Shown here: piece after piece, positions 1 through 11,506 of the stretch
Numbering within the stretch: the first letter of the stretch is position 1
Layout of the letters: each line of letters starts with the position of its first letter
Source: an uncultured delta proteobacterium
Lineage (GTDB): Bacteria > Myxococcota > Myxococcia > Myxococcales > Myxococcaceae
DNA length: 64,000 bases
Assembly: GCA_963713045.1 (NCBI GenBank)
Contig: CAVQKE010000004.1
Coordinates: 64,001-128,000 of the forward strand
Direction of reading: 5' to 3'
Notes under the pieces: model-generated
Told to the model about the DNA's origin: nothing
Seen by the model: only the letters and a program-made list of their open reading frames with translations
Database searches by the model: none
Made by a program: the position numbers and the translations under genes

Positions 1-903
1 CTCGTCCACCACCGGCCGCAGTGCGCCAGAGTCGAAGTCTGGAAGCACTTCGGCCTCGAAGCGGCGGGCGAGGGCAATTTTTTCCTCCACCGGGCGGTTA
101 CGCAGAAGCGTGCCGACCAGCTGGGCCCTTCGCGCCATCAGCTGCCGCAAGTCCAGTTCCGCCTTGCTTCCGTCCAGCGTCCCCACCTGCACCAGCCGGC
201 CGCGCAGCGCGAGACAGGCCAGGGACTCGGCCACGTAACGGCCCCCCACCAAGTCGAGGACCAGGTCCACGCCTTGGCCGTCGGTGAGGGCTAAGACGCG
301 TTCGGCAAAGCGCGGTTCTGCGCCTTCCACTGCCAGAGGGTGGAAGGGAGCCAGCGGCTGGCAGCGCGCCAGCTTCTCAGCATTGCGGCCGGTGGCCAGG
401 GCCTCCCCTCGGAAGGCGTGGACCAGTTGGAGAGCGGCCGTCCCCACGCCGCTTCCCGCGGCGTGGATGAGGACGCGGGTGTGCGGTCGCAGCCCACCCT
501 GAACCACCAGCGCATCAAAGGCGGTGAAGAAGGCCTCCGGCACCGCTGCCGCGCCCTGGAAGGTCAGCTGCTGCGGAACGGGCAGCGCCTCCCGCTCGTG
601 CGTCACCAGGCGCTGGGCAAAGGCCCCGCCCCCCACCAGCCCCATGACGCGGTCCCCCTGCTTGAAGCGCTGCACCGCGAGGCCGGTCGCCACCACGGTG
701 CCGGCATATTCGAGTCCAGGAATGTCCTGCGGGACGCCCTTGGGGGGAGGGTAGCGGCCCAGAACTTGGAGGAGGTCGGCGCGGTTGAGAGCCGTCGCCC
801 GCACCTGCACCAGCAGGTCCGCCGGGCCGACGGTTGGCTCCGGGACGTCGGCCAGCTCGAGCCCCTCGGGGCTTCCCGGGCGGAGGATGCGGAGGGCCTT
901 CAT
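1..903 (-). CDS. NAD(P)H-quinone oxidoreductase, PIG3/MDR family (3' end runs off window)
   Basis: Manual translation from ATG at 903: MKALRILRPGSPEGLELADVPEP...ATALNRADLLQ..GRYPPP...IPGLEYAG...VLIHAAGSGVG; frame open to position 1. Confidence 0.9.
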   Translation of the reverse strand, partial: MKALRILRPGSPEGLELADVPEPTVGPADLLVQVRATALNRADLLQVLGRYPPPKGVPQDIPGLEYAGTVVATGLAVQRFKQGDRVMGLVGGGAFAQRLVTHEREALPVPQQLTFQGAAAVPEAFFTAFDALVVQGGLRPHTRVLIHAAGSGVGTAALQLVHAFRGEALATGRNAEKLARCQPLAPFHPLAVEGAEPRFAERVLALTDGQGVDLVLDLVGGRYVAESLACLALRGRLVQVGTLDGSKAELDLRQLMARRAQLVGTLLRNRPVEEKIALARRFEAEVLPDFDSGALRPVVDE

Positions 904-987
904 GACGTCACCTGGGGGGTTTAGCACCAACGCCACCGAGTAGCGCTGGCGTCCTGTCGGCGTCTCTGGTTATGGAGGGGCCGACGA

Positions 988-1185
988 ATGGCCGCCGTCT
1001 GCCCAACCTGTGGAAAACCCGCCGCTCCTCGCCCAGGCAATCGGAGCGCCCCCTTCTGCTCGCCTCGCTGCCGGCAAGTGGACCTCGGGAAATGGCTGGG
1101 TGAGGAGTACCGGCTGCCGGACCGCCCGCTGGAGTCCGAGGCGGAGCCCCAGCGCCCAGCCCCCAAGGACGAGGACGGCCGCTAG
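988..1185 (+). CDS. yacG: DNA gyrase inhibitor YacG
   Basis: CPTCGK...PFCSPRCRQVDLGKWLGEEY zinc-finger signature. Confidence 0.93.
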   Translation: MAAVCPTCGKPAAPRPGNRSAPFCSPRCRQVDLGKWLGEEYRLPDRPLESEAEPQRPAPKDEDGR

Positions 1186-1191
1186 CTTTCC

Positions 1192-1914
1192 ATGGCCGGC
1201 TATGTCGACCTGCACTGCCACCTCCTCCCAGGCGTGGACGACGGCGCCCGTACGCCCGACGACGCGCTGGAGATGGCGCGCGCTCTGGTGGACTTGGGCT
1301 TCTCGGCGGTGGCGCCGAGCCCGCACGCGCGGCCCGAATTTGCCTCGGCAGACGTGTGCGCTGAGCGGCGAGCGTCGCTGGAGGAGCGCTTGGCCGCCGC
1401 CGCCATTCCGCTTCGCCTCTACTCCAACGCCGAGCATGCCCTCATCCTCGACGGCTTCTTGGAGGCACTCGGCACCCCAGCCACGCGGGCCATCAACGGC
1501 GGCCGCTATGTCCTCGTCGAGGCGCCCTACCGCGCGCCCGTCCCGACGCTTCCGGACCTCGTCTTCCGAATGGTGCGGCGCGGCGTCACGCCGCTGTTCG
1601 CCCATCCGGAGCGCTGCCAGGAATTCGAACGGCCTGGAAGAGCGGCGGAGGTGGTTCGCCTCGGCGGACGGCTTCAGCTGGACTTGGGCGCGCTCATCAA
1701 CCGCTACGGGCCTGTGGCACGCCGGTTGGCGCGCGACTTTCTGGACGAAGGCCTTTACGCCGTCGCGGCAACTGACCTGCATGCCCCGGTGGACGCCCGG
1801 GTCTGGGTCAAAAAGGCGCTGGCCGAACTTGAGGCCAGGGCCGGCCGACAGGAGGTACAGACTCTCCTCTTGGACAATCCGCAGCGCGTGGTCCGCGGGG
1901 AGCCAGTGCCGTGA
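1192..1914 (+). CDS. PHP-family protein tyrosine phosphatase (CpsB/CapC/YwqE-like; probably PhpA-like)
   Basis: DLHCHLLPGVDDG, SPH, AHPER, TDLH metal-binding motifs. Confidence 0.9.
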   Translation: MAGYVDLHCHLLPGVDDGARTPDDALEMARALVDLGFSAVAPSPHARPEFASADVCAERRASLEERLAAAAIPLRLYSNAEHALILDGFLEALGTPATRAINGGRYVLVEAPYRAPVPTLPDLVFRMVRRGVTPLFAHPERCQEFERPGRAAEVVRLGGRLQLDLGALINRYGPVARRLARDFLDEGLYAVAATDLHAPVDARVWVKKALAELEARAGRQEVQTLLLDNPQRVVRGEPVP

Positions 1915-2945
1915 AGCGCGGACTGCGGCTTGCCGGGAGTCTGGCTGTCACCCTGGCGTTCACCGCCTGGGCCTTTCGCGACACGCACTGGTCGGAACAG
2001 TGGGCCAGCCTCCGCGCGGCCCACTACGTGTGGCTGCTCCCGTACCTCCTCATCCTGGCGCTCATTCATCTCTTTCGAACGCTGCGCTGGGGGTGCCTCC
2101 TCTCCGGCCTCGGACGCGTGCCGTTTCGTCCGCTCAACGACGCCAGCGCCATCGGCTTCATGATGCTGCTGGTGCTGCCCTTCCGCCTGGGGGAATTCGC
2201 CCGGCCCTTCCTCATTGCCCAGAGGACGCAAATCCGGCGCAGCGCTGCCATGACGACGGTCGTGCTGGAACGCATCGCCGATGGCGTCTTCGTCGCGTTG
2301 CTGATGCGAGGGCTGCTCTTCTTCGTTCCCAGCGGTGCGCCGGACGTCCGCTACCTGCGCATCGGCGCCAACGTCATGTTTTCCATTTTCTTCGGCGGGC
2401 TCCTCTTCCTGCTGTTCGCAGCCTGGCATCGGGACCGGGCGGTCGGGCTGGTGCGCACGGCAGTGGGCTGGGCCAGTCCTGGCCTTGCCGAGAAGGTGGC
2501 GGGCATCGTCGACTCCTTTGTGGGAGCGCTGAAGCAGCTGGCGGGACCGCTGCAGCTGCTGGCCTTCTTTGGCTGGACGGTGGCGTACTGGGCCATCAAC
2601 GGCTTCGGCATGTGGCTGGTGGCCGTCCGGGGGTTTGACCTGCCACTCACCCTCTTTCAGGGTTACGTGGTGCTGTGCGCGCTGGTGGTGGCACTGATGA
2701 TTCCGGCGGCGCCGGGGATGATGGGCACCTTCCAGGCGGGCATCCGGGTGGGGCTAGCGCTCTTCCTTCCGGCGGAGTTGGTGCGCGGGGGGGGGCTCGC
2801 TTTCGCCAACGTGCTGTGGCTCTGTCAGACGGGGCAGCAGATTGCGTTTGGTTTGCTCTTCCTCTCCCTCGACCACCTGTCCTTCGGCGATGTGGCGGGG
2901 CGGTTGGAAGGCTCGAGCGACGCCACCGAGCCTCAGCCAGGCTAG
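1911..2945 (+). CDS. Lysylphosphatidylglycerol synthase TM / UPF0104 flippase-like membrane protein
   Basis: Multi-TM; LPFRLGEFAR, ERIAD, IPAAPGMMGTF motifs; GTGA overlap with upstream gene. Confidence 0.85.
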   Translation: MKRGLRLAGSLAVTLAFTAWAFRDTHWSEQWASLRAAHYVWLLPYLLILALIHLFRTLRWGCLLSGLGRVPFRPLNDASAIGFMMLLVLPFRLGEFARPFLIAQRTQIRRSAAMTTVVLERIADGVFVALLMRGLLFFVPSGAPDVRYLRIGANVMFSIFFGGLLFLLFAAWHRDRAVGLVRTAVGWASPGLAEKVAGIVDSFVGALKQLAGPLQLLAFFGWTVAYWAINGFGMWLVAVRGFDLPLTLFQGYVVLCALVVALMIPAAPGMMGTFQAGIRVGLALFLPAELVRGGGLAFANVLWLCQTGQQIAFGLLFLSLDHLSFGDVAGRLEGSSDATEPQPG

Positions 2946-2974
2946 CGCCCGCCGTCCGCGCCGTCCCCGGGCGA

Positions 2975-3151
2975 CTACAGCTGCTCGTCGAGCCAGGCCA
3001 GCACGGCCTCGCGGATGCTTTGTGGCGGATGTTGTACGGGGGAGGGCTTGGGGCGCGCATTCATCGGGCGGCCGTGAAAGTCAAAGACCAGGAGGGGGCG
3101 TTCAGCCAGGCCCTCCGATGACTGTCGGCGGACCCGCGCAGGCATGGACAT
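2975..3151 (-). CDS. Small hypothetical protein, 58 aa (below ORF-track cutoff)
   Basis: MSMPARVRRQSSEGLAERPLLVFDFHGRPMNARPKPSPVQHPPQSIREAVLAWLDEQL; AAGGAGG RBS inside the end of the RHH gene; fills the gap between flanking genes. Confidence 0.6.
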   Translation of the reverse strand: MSMPARVRRQSSEGLAERPLLVFDFHGRPMNARPKPSPVQHPPQSIREAVLAWLDEQL

Positions 3152-3157
3152 GGAAGG

Positions 3158-3367
3158 TCAGCCCTCCTTGGGCTCTGCGTCGTACTTGCGGAGCAAGTCG
3201 TCGACTGCCTCACGGAGGTACTCGCTTTGGGCAATGCGGGTGCGCCTGGAAAGCGCGCGGAGGCGGCGCACGTCCTCCTCCGTCACCAACACGTGGGTAC
3301 TGACGGTGTCGTCGTTTTCGACGACGTCCGGCGCGGTGGCCTGTGCTGCAGCCGACGAATCTGCCAT
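3158..3367 (-). CDS. Ribbon-helix-helix DNA-binding protein
   Basis: VSTHVLV (ribbon) + RLRALSRRTRIAQSEYLREAVDDLLRKY. Confidence 0.85.
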   Translation of the reverse strand: MADSSAAAQATAPDVVENDDTVSTHVLVTEEDVRRLRALSRRTRIAQSEYLREAVDDLLRKYDAEPKEG

Positions 3368-3468
3368 GGGCGAACTTCCCTTCCCTGGGGCGCTCGTGAC
3401 CTGTCGCTACAGCCGGTCACGGGCCTGTGCCCCGTGAGACGGGATGGTCGAGCCAGCGCAGGGGGCTG

Positions 3469-3771
3469 TCAAAAAACCTGCACCTGGACTGGCTTCACCC
3501 CGTGGTCGGGCCGCGGCTTGGGGGCCGGGTGCGTCTCGGGCGCAGGGGAAGGCGGTGCCGGGGGCGGCCGCTGGCGGGGGGGTTCGGCCTCATCCGCCCC
3601 TTTGGATGCAAAGAAGACCCAGCGCAGACAACTCAGCACGCCGACGGCGGGAGCGCACACCAAAAGCAGGAAGAGGCCCTCCGACAGCGTCAACCCAAAG
3701 GCCGGAGCCAGAAGGATGCGTCCAATGATGGCCGCCCAACACACCCAAACCACCGAGAGAAGTACTTTCAT
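3469..3771 (-). CDS. Hypothetical two-TM membrane protein with Pro-rich tail
   Basis: Two hydrophobic segments from MKVLL, then PPRQRPPPAPP. Confidence 0.5.
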   Translation of the reverse strand: MKVLLSVVWVCWAAIIGRILLAPAFGLTLSEGLFLLLVCAPAVGVLSCLRWVFFASKGADEAEPPRQRPPPAPPSPAPETHPAPKPRPDHGVKPVQVQVF

Positions 3772-3926
3772 GCCCAACCCCGAGGTCGCAACCCAAGTGA
3801 ACGGGCGCCCCGAGCTGGGGCCCACTCCTGTTATTGGGCGACAAGCCGCTGTCCATCACCGGACCACGCCGCGGAGGGGTTTGCAGGCGGCCGGAGCGTT
3901 GGGCGCCCGTGCTTCTTGCGAGGCCC

Positions 3927-5621
<1,695 letters not shown>

Positions 5622-5822
5622 GAAAGCCTCCGGAGTGTGCTGGGCAGCAGTATGGGGTCCTGAAGTGTACCCACGGCAAGGGCTTCCAAGGACGGCGGCG
5701 CTGCTGTTGAGGGGGAAGCGCCTGGAAGAGGTTGGCCCCGGTCTGTCCTGCGAAGCGTTTACCCGCAACGTCCGAGCCCTGAGCAACCGGAGGGTGGTGA
5801 CCTGGCGGAGTCGGCCCCGGAC

Positions 5823-6464
5823 TTAGCCCCTCCCATGGGGCCGTCGGCCTCGGAGGAGCAGGCCGAGCCGCACATGCTCTTCGCGTTCCCGCTCCTCGAG
5901 CGTCTGCCGGACGGCCGCCACCTGGCGCTGGAGCTCGGGGGTGAGTTGATGTTCCAGGCTGTTCACCTGCCGCGAGGTCTGCGCCAGTGCCTCGCCCAGC
6001 CTACGCAAAAGCATCTCGCGCGGTGCAGCGTTGATGAGCAGGTCTGCCAGGCCCTCGAAGGCACTGGCCGCCTTCACCGCTGCCGGCGAGGGTCCAGGCG
6101 CGATGCCACGTGCGGCGAGCGCACGGGCAAAGCGCGGCGCCTGCACGATGTCCGAGACGCTCACCCCCCACAGCTGCCCTGTTCTGACCCGCACCCGGAT
6201 GTCCCGCGCAGGCCATCCCAGCATTCGGAGTCCGGCTCCCCCCTCCGCCGCCAGGGCGCGCAACAGCACCGGCCACGCCTTTCGTGCCTGGAGGTCAATC
6301 TCTGCGCGGGTGTCCGCCGCGCTTCGGGCAAGACGGAAAAGCTCTCCGACCAATGCCTCGCGTTTACGCCGCAGCAGCGAGGTCCCTCGGTGCAGGACCT
6401 CCAGGCGTTGCTGGGCCCGGAGCAGCCCGACGCGCGTGGCGGACACCGCTAAGCGGGCACTCAT
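5823..6464 (-). CDS. ntpD: V/A-type ATP synthase subunit D
   Basis: LLRRKREAL, TSRQVNSLE, LEEREREE motifs; last gene of operon. Confidence 0.9.
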   Translation of the reverse strand: MSARLAVSATRVGLLRAQQRLEVLHRGTSLLRRKREALVGELFRLARSAADTRAEIDLQARKAWPVLLRALAAEGGAGLRMLGWPARDIRVRVRTGQLWGVSVSDIVQAPRFARALAARGIAPGPSPAAVKAASAFEGLADLLINAAPREMLLRRLGEALAQTSRQVNSLEHQLTPELQRQVAAVRQTLEEREREEHVRLGLLLRGRRPHGRG

Positions 6465-7849
6465 GGCGCGGCTGTCTCCCGACGGTGCCGAGCCCAGGTG
6501 TCATCGGCGAGGCGGCTGAGGTCATCTCGCGGCAAAGCATCCAGCAGCGCCCACCCGGCGGCGATGGTTTCCGGCAACGTTCGGCGCTTCCTCCCCTGGC
6601 CGATGAAGTCGCGCTCGAAGTGTTCCGAGAAGGCCAGCGCCCGTCGGTCCGGCGCCACCAGGCCCGCTTCACCGACAATGGCGGCCATCAACCGCGCCTC
6701 TCGCCCCCGGGCGTAGAGCGCATAGAGCTGGTCCGCCCATTGGCGGTGCTCGGGCACGCTGCGGTTGCTGCCAATGCCGGCATTCATCAGCCGCGACAAG
6801 GAGGGCAGTACATCGACCGGGGGAAAGATGCCCCGCCGGTGCAGCTCGCGGCTGAGCACCACCTGGCCTTCGGTGATGTAGCCGGTGAGGTCGGGAATGG
6901 GGTGCGTCAGGTCATCGTCAGGCATGGTCAGCACCGGTATCTGCGTCAAGGACCCCTGGCGCCCGCGCACGATGCCCGCCCGCTCGAAGAGCGAGGCCAG
7001 GTCGGTGTACATCGTCCCGGGATAGCCACGTCGCCCAGGAATCTCCTGGCGTGCGGTGGCAATCTCCCGGAGTGCCTCGCAGTAGTGCGTGACGTCGGCG
7101 ATGACCACCAGCACGTGCAACCCGTGCTCGAAGGCGAGGAACTCCGCCTCGCTCAGGGCCAGCCGCGGGGCGAGCAGCCGCTCGACCGTTGGGTCGCGCA
7201 TCTCGTTGAGGTAGAGGACGCTTCGCTCGAGTGCCCCGCTGCGCTCGAAGCGCTCCAAAAACTCGCGACGCTCGCGCGCGGTGATGCCGATGCCGACGAA
7301 GACCACCGCGAAGGGCTCGCCCTTCGGTGCTCTTGCCCACTCGACAATGTGCGCCGCCACTTCCAGCGCCGGGAGCCCTGGCCCAGAGAAGATGGGGAGC
7401 TTCTGCCCTCGAACCAGAGTGTTCATTCCGTCAATGGCGGAGATGCCGGTCTCGATGAAGTCCTCCGGAGGCTTCCGGGCGGCGGGGTTGAGCGGGGCCC
7501 CGGCCAGCGGGCGCAACGCCTCGCCCACCGGCGGGGGAAGCCCATCAACCGGTGCACCCAAACCGTTGAAGGCGCGCCCGAGCAGTTCGCGGCCCACCGT
7601 GGCCCGAGCCACCTCGCCGGTGAAGCTCACCCGAGCGCGGGCCGGCGAGAACCCCAACGGCTCCTCGAGCAGCTGCACCACACTGACGCGCTCGCCAGCG
7701 TCAATCACTTGGCCCTGCCAGCTCTTCTCGCCCGGCATTTCGAGGCGCACCCACTCGCCCAAAGCGACGGCGTGAGTGAATTCCACGAAGACCAGCGGCC
7801 CCCCTGCGCCGGTGGCTGCCCGGTAGCTTCGAGGTAGGCCGGCACTCAC
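6461..7849 (-). CDS. ntpB: V/A-type ATP synthase subunit B
   Basis: TGISAIDGMNTLVRGQKLPIFSG, PGRRGYPG, HPIPDLTGYITEGQ. Confidence 0.97.
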   Translation of the reverse strand: MSAGLPRSYRAATGAGGPLVFVEFTHAVALGEWVRLEMPGEKSWQGQVIDAGERVSVVQLLEEPLGFSPARARVSFTGEVARATVGRELLGRAFNGLGAPVDGLPPPVGEALRPLAGAPLNPAARKPPEDFIETGISAIDGMNTLVRGQKLPIFSGPGLPALEVAAHIVEWARAPKGEPFAVVFVGIGITARERREFLERFERSGALERSVLYLNEMRDPTVERLLAPRLALSEAEFLAFEHGLHVLVVIADVTHYCEALREIATARQEIPGRRGYPGTMYTDLASLFERAGIVRGRQGSLTQIPVLTMPDDDLTHPIPDLTGYITEGQVVLSRELHRRGIFPPVDVLPSLSRLMNAGIGSNRSVPEHRQWADQLYALYARGREARLMAAIVGEAGLVAPDRRALAFSEHFERDFIGQGRKRRTLPETIAAGWALLDALPRDDLSRLADDTWARHRRETAAP

Positions 7850-9600
7850 GCCCGTGCCTCCCTGGGCTGCAAGCCTTTCAGTGCCGCCTCGGCGGCCGCG
7901 ACCCTCGCCGAGAATTCCGTTGTCGGGCCATCGCGCAGGGCAATCAGAGCTCGGCGGATTGGGCCGAGGTCGAGGTCGGCCAGGGGGACTCCGGCATGGA
8001 TGGACGCTGAAGCGAGCGCCCGGGCGCGCTGGGCGAGCTCGGCGAGACGGAACGTCTTCGACGGTGCCGAAGAGGCGTCGTGCGGGTGGTAGGCACTCTG
8101 CCCGAGAACCACTTCTCGGACCAACCGGGCGACGACCAGCACCAGCCGGTCCTCATCTTGGAGCGCCTCCGGCCCCACCAGGCCAGCAATCTCCTGCAGC
8201 TCGGTGTCCCGTTGAAGGAGCTCGAACGTCTGCGCCCGCACAGCCGACCAGGAGGGGTCCACCTCGCGCTCGAACCAACCCTTGGTCCGCTCGACGTAGA
8301 GGCTGTAGCTTGTCCTCCAGTCCACGGCTGGGAATTGCCGCTGGTGGGCCAGGTCCGCGTCGAGGGCCCACAAGCTTCCCACCACCCTGAGGCTGGCCTG
8401 ACTCACTGGTTCGGAGAGGTCGCCTCCAGGTGGGGAGACGGCGCTGATGAGGGTGACGGCGCCCTCGCGCTCGGGTTGGCCGAGGAGCCGGGCTCGCCCC
8501 GCGCGCTCGTAAAAGGTGCCCAGGCGGCTGGCGAGGTACGTTGGGTAGCCTTCTTCCCCAGGCATTTCCTGCAAGCGCGCGCCGATTTCCCGGAGAGCCT
8601 CCGCCCAGCGGGACAGGCTGTCGGCCATCAGCGCCACCCGGTAGCCCATGTCTCGGTAGTACTCGGCGACGGTGATGCCGAGGTACACCGAGGCCTCGCG
8701 CGCGGCGACCGGCATGTTGGACGTATTCACCACCATCACCGTGCGGTCCATAATCGACCGACCGGTGCGCGGGTCGGTGAGGCGCGGGAACTCGCCCAAC
8801 ACCTCAGACATCTCGTTGCCCCTCTCGCCGCACCCGATGTAGACGACGACGTCAGCGTCGGCATGCTTGGCCAGCGACTGTTCGACGACAGTCTTCCCGG
8901 TGCCAAACCCTCCCACCACGGCCACGCTCCCGCCTTCCGCCACCGGGAAGAGCAAGTCGAAAATGCGCTGCCCAGTGACCAGCGGCCGGTCGTCGGAGAG
9001 CCGAGCCCCCGTCGGGCGGGGCGTCCGCACGCTCCAGGCATGCGACAGCTGCAGCGGCGTTCCATCCGCCAGCCTCCCCAGGGGCGCTTCGACCGTGAAG
9101 TCCCCCTCATGGAGCTCGGCCACCGTCCCCGAGACACCCGGCGGGACGAGGATGCGGTGGAGAAAGCCCGGCCGTTCCTCCACCGAACCCAAAACGTCGC
9201 CGCCTGAGACTGTCACTCCGGCGGCCACCCTGGGCTGAAAGCGCCAGCGCCGCGAGACATCCAGCGTGGGGACACTCAGACCGGGGCCGATGAAGTCGCC
9301 GCTTCGCTCGGCGAGCACATCGAGGGGACGGCCCAGCCCGTCGATGATGGAGCCGAGCAGTCCCGGGCCGAGTTGCACGCTGAGAGTTCGTCCGCTGAAG
9401 GAGAGAGGCTCGCCCACCGCCAGGCCGCTCGTGTCCTCGTAGACTTGGAGCGTGGCAGTCGCGCCCGAGATTCGAATGACCTCGGAGAGGAGACCGCCGT
9501 GACCCGCCGCTGCCAATTCATAGAGGGCGACGGACGGAACGGGCTCGGCTTCGACGAGGGAACCGTTGACTCGGGTGATGTGGGCCGGCGCCGCGCTCAT
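7846..9600 (-). CDS. ntpA: V/A-type ATP synthase catalytic subunit A
   Basis: GGFGTGKT P-loop, GCGERGNEM, NTSNMPVAAREAS, EMPGEEGYP. Confidence 0.97.
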   Translation of the reverse strand: MSAAPAHITRVNGSLVEAEPVPSVALYELAAAGHGGLLSEVIRISGATATLQVYEDTSGLAVGEPLSFSGRTLSVQLGPGLLGSIIDGLGRPLDVLAERSGDFIGPGLSVPTLDVSRRWRFQPRVAAGVTVSGGDVLGSVEERPGFLHRILVPPGVSGTVAELHEGDFTVEAPLGRLADGTPLQLSHAWSVRTPRPTGARLSDDRPLVTGQRIFDLLFPVAEGGSVAVVGGFGTGKTVVEQSLAKHADADVVVYIGCGERGNEMSEVLGEFPRLTDPRTGRSIMDRTVMVVNTSNMPVAAREASVYLGITVAEYYRDMGYRVALMADSLSRWAEALREIGARLQEMPGEEGYPTYLASRLGTFYERAGRARLLGQPEREGAVTLISAVSPPGGDLSEPVSQASLRVVGSLWALDADLAHQRQFPAVDWRTSYSLYVERTKGWFEREVDPSWSAVRAQTFELLQRDTELQEIAGLVGPEALQDEDRLVLVVARLVREVVLGQSAYHPHDASSAPSKTFRLAELAQRARALASASIHAGVPLADLDLGPIRRALIALRDGPTTEFSARVAAAEAALKGLQPREARA

Positions 9601-9929
9601 CGCAGCCGCACCTGGTAGCCGATGGCCTGACGCAACAGTTCGACGACATACGCCTCGGAGGCTGTGGCGCGCTCAACCCAGCTCGGCCCCGGGAAGGGAA
9701 TGACCAGCGGCGAGACACGGGTGGAGATGCGATGGCGCGTCTCCTCATCGAGACTTTCATAGAGACCGCTTTCGACGAGGAGGATGGCGAGGCCTGTGTC
9801 GGCAACGAGGGCGGACAGGCTGCGCGTCGCCTCGGCGCCGTCCTGCGCTTCCACCGGCTCGAGCCCCGCCAGCGCGAAGCCGGCGGCGGCCGGCGGACGG
9901 CAGAGAACCACCACGCGTCCCTCGTTCAT
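9597..9929 (-). CDS. ntpF: V/A-type ATP synthase subunit F
   Basis: AAGFALAG and RQAIGY motifs, size and position. Confidence 0.9.
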   Translation of the reverse strand: MNEGRVVVLCRPPAAAGFALAGLEPVEAQDGAEATRSLSALVADTGLAILLVESGLYESLDEETRHRISTRVSPLVIPFPGPSWVERATASEAYVVELLRQAIGYQVRLR

Positions 9930-10930
9930 CGGACGTCCACCTCGCCCAGCCGGAATGCGCGAGGGGCCTCGAGTGCCAGCGCCCAGGCCAGTTTTTGGAA
10001 CCGGTTCACCTCCTCGCGCAGGCGGAGCGCATAATCCAGCACCGGAGCAGAGCCGAGCGGCCGGGTTCGCGAGGCCCGGTGGAGGTACGCGCGGTGGGCA
10101 GCCGCCATCCGTTCGGCAAGTCGAGAGGGCTCGTCTGCGCTGAAGGCAGCCTCCAGCGCTGTGCGGCGGAAGAGTGCTTGGGCCCGTCGAACCGCCGCCA
10201 GGTGGCCCCGCGCGCGTGCCACTTGCTCGAGCGCGACGAGGTCGATACTTCCTCCCTCGACGAAGAGTGCGGCGAACTCAACTTCGGCCGGCGAGTCGGC
10301 ACACGCCAAGGCGCCGAGCACGTTCTCCTGGTCCAGCAGGGTTCTCACGTGCCAGCGCAGGTCCGCATCCGCCTGGTGCCCGGCGGCCACCGCGCGGCTG
10401 GCGAATTCTCTCGTCAGCGCGGCATCGAGGAGAAGCAAGTCCGGCGGCCCTCGCTTAGGCACTCCCTGCAGTGCGGTCGCTGCCGGGTGGCGCCAGACCA
10501 CCAGCAGCGCGGCCACGGCGGCGATGCTCTGTTGGGTCGCGAGAGTCTCCAGAGCACGGAGCGGCAAGGCCGGTGTCGGGATAGTCAGGGCGAGCCGTGC
10601 TTCGGGCGCTGCGCCGGCTGCGGCTCCGCGCACGAGGGCCCGCAAGCTTCGCCGGTCCTCGTCGCCAAAAATGACATCCAGCAGCGGACGGCGATTTCCG
10701 CACCAGCGCGCGAGCAGTGCCAGCCGCTCTCCTGCACGCTGTCGCACGGCCCTCTCCACCGAGGCCGCGTCCGCCGGCCCGCGCAGCAGTAACGGGTCGC
10801 GCGCACGTTTCAGGTGCGCGGAAAGCGCCGGCCAGTCGGAGGATTCGGCCAGCGCCGCCCACTCCCCGGTCGCGAGCAGGTGTGTGCCTAGCCCTCGGGC
10901 GCGCGCGGAGACGTCGTCGTAAGCCGTCAC
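9926..10930 (-). CDS. ntpC: V/A-type ATP synthase subunit C (d/AC39)
   Basis: GTG start overlapping E stop; YDDVSARARG N-terminus, PLGSAPVLDY..EEV C-terminus; position between E and F. Confidence 0.82.
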   Translation of the reverse strand: MTAYDDVSARARGLGTHLLATGEWAALAESSDWPALSAHLKRARDPLLLRGPADAASVERAVRQRAGERLALLARWCGNRRPLLDVIFGDEDRRSLRALVRGAAAGAAPEARLALTIPTPALPLRALETLATQQSIAAVAALLVVWRHPAATALQGVPKRGPPDLLLLDAALTREFASRAVAAGHQADADLRWHVRTLLDQENVLGALACADSPAEVEFAALFVEGGSIDLVALEQVARARGHLAAVRRAQALFRRTALEAAFSADEPSRLAERMAAAHRAYLHRASRTRPLGSAPVLDYALRLREEVNRFQKLAWALALEAPRAFRLGEVDVR

Positions 10931-11505
10931 CGGCCACCCTCCACCTGCTGCATCACCCGGATGGCCAGCTGTGCGCGCCCGGCCGCAAGGCGTCCATCCA
11001 GGCTTCGGTCCACCTCCAGCCTTCCGTCGGCCGAGCGAAGTCTGACGCCGGCCACCACCCCGAGCGATGCTTCCACCCTCTTGCCGGGGCCTGCCGCGGC
11101 GAGCACGGACGGGCAGTCGGCAGAATTGCACAGCAGCGTCACCTCCTCACCGGCGGTGAGGGCAAGCAGTGTGTGGACATCGCGCTCGAGAGCTGGTTGG
11201 TACGAGGCCCAGCCTCGCGCCTCGGGCTGAAGGGTGCGCGCTCCCTGGAAGACGCGGTCGAGCAGTTTCCGTCGTGCTTCGAGGACTGCCGTGGCGGCTT
11301 TGCGTCGCGCCAGGACGAGCCGCTCGGCGCCTACGGCGCGCAGCGCGAGGGCGTGCTGTGCGAGGTGCTCCTCCACCTGGGCCTTCTCCTCGCCGCTGGC
11401 GACTTGGAGAAGCCGGTCCGCCTCGGCCCTGGCGCGCTTGAGCTGCTCGGCGGCGTTGGCCTCCGCCTCGCGCTCAAGAGAGGCCAGAAGCTCGACGAGC
11501 GGCAC
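10927..11505 (-). CDS. ntpE: V/A-type ATP synthase subunit E
   Basis: N-terminal coiled coil; GVRLRSADGRLEVDRSLDGRL C-terminal motif. Confidence 0.85.
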   Translation of the reverse strand: MPLVELLASLEREAEANAAEQLKRARAEADRLLQVASGEEKAQVEEHLAQHALALRAVGAERLVLARRKAATAVLEARRKLLDRVFQGARTLQPEARGWASYQPALERDVHTLLALTAGEEVTLLCNSADCPSVLAAAGPGKRVEASLGVVAGVRLRSADGRLEVDRSLDGRLAAGRAQLAIRVMQQVEGGR

Positions 11506-11506
11506 G

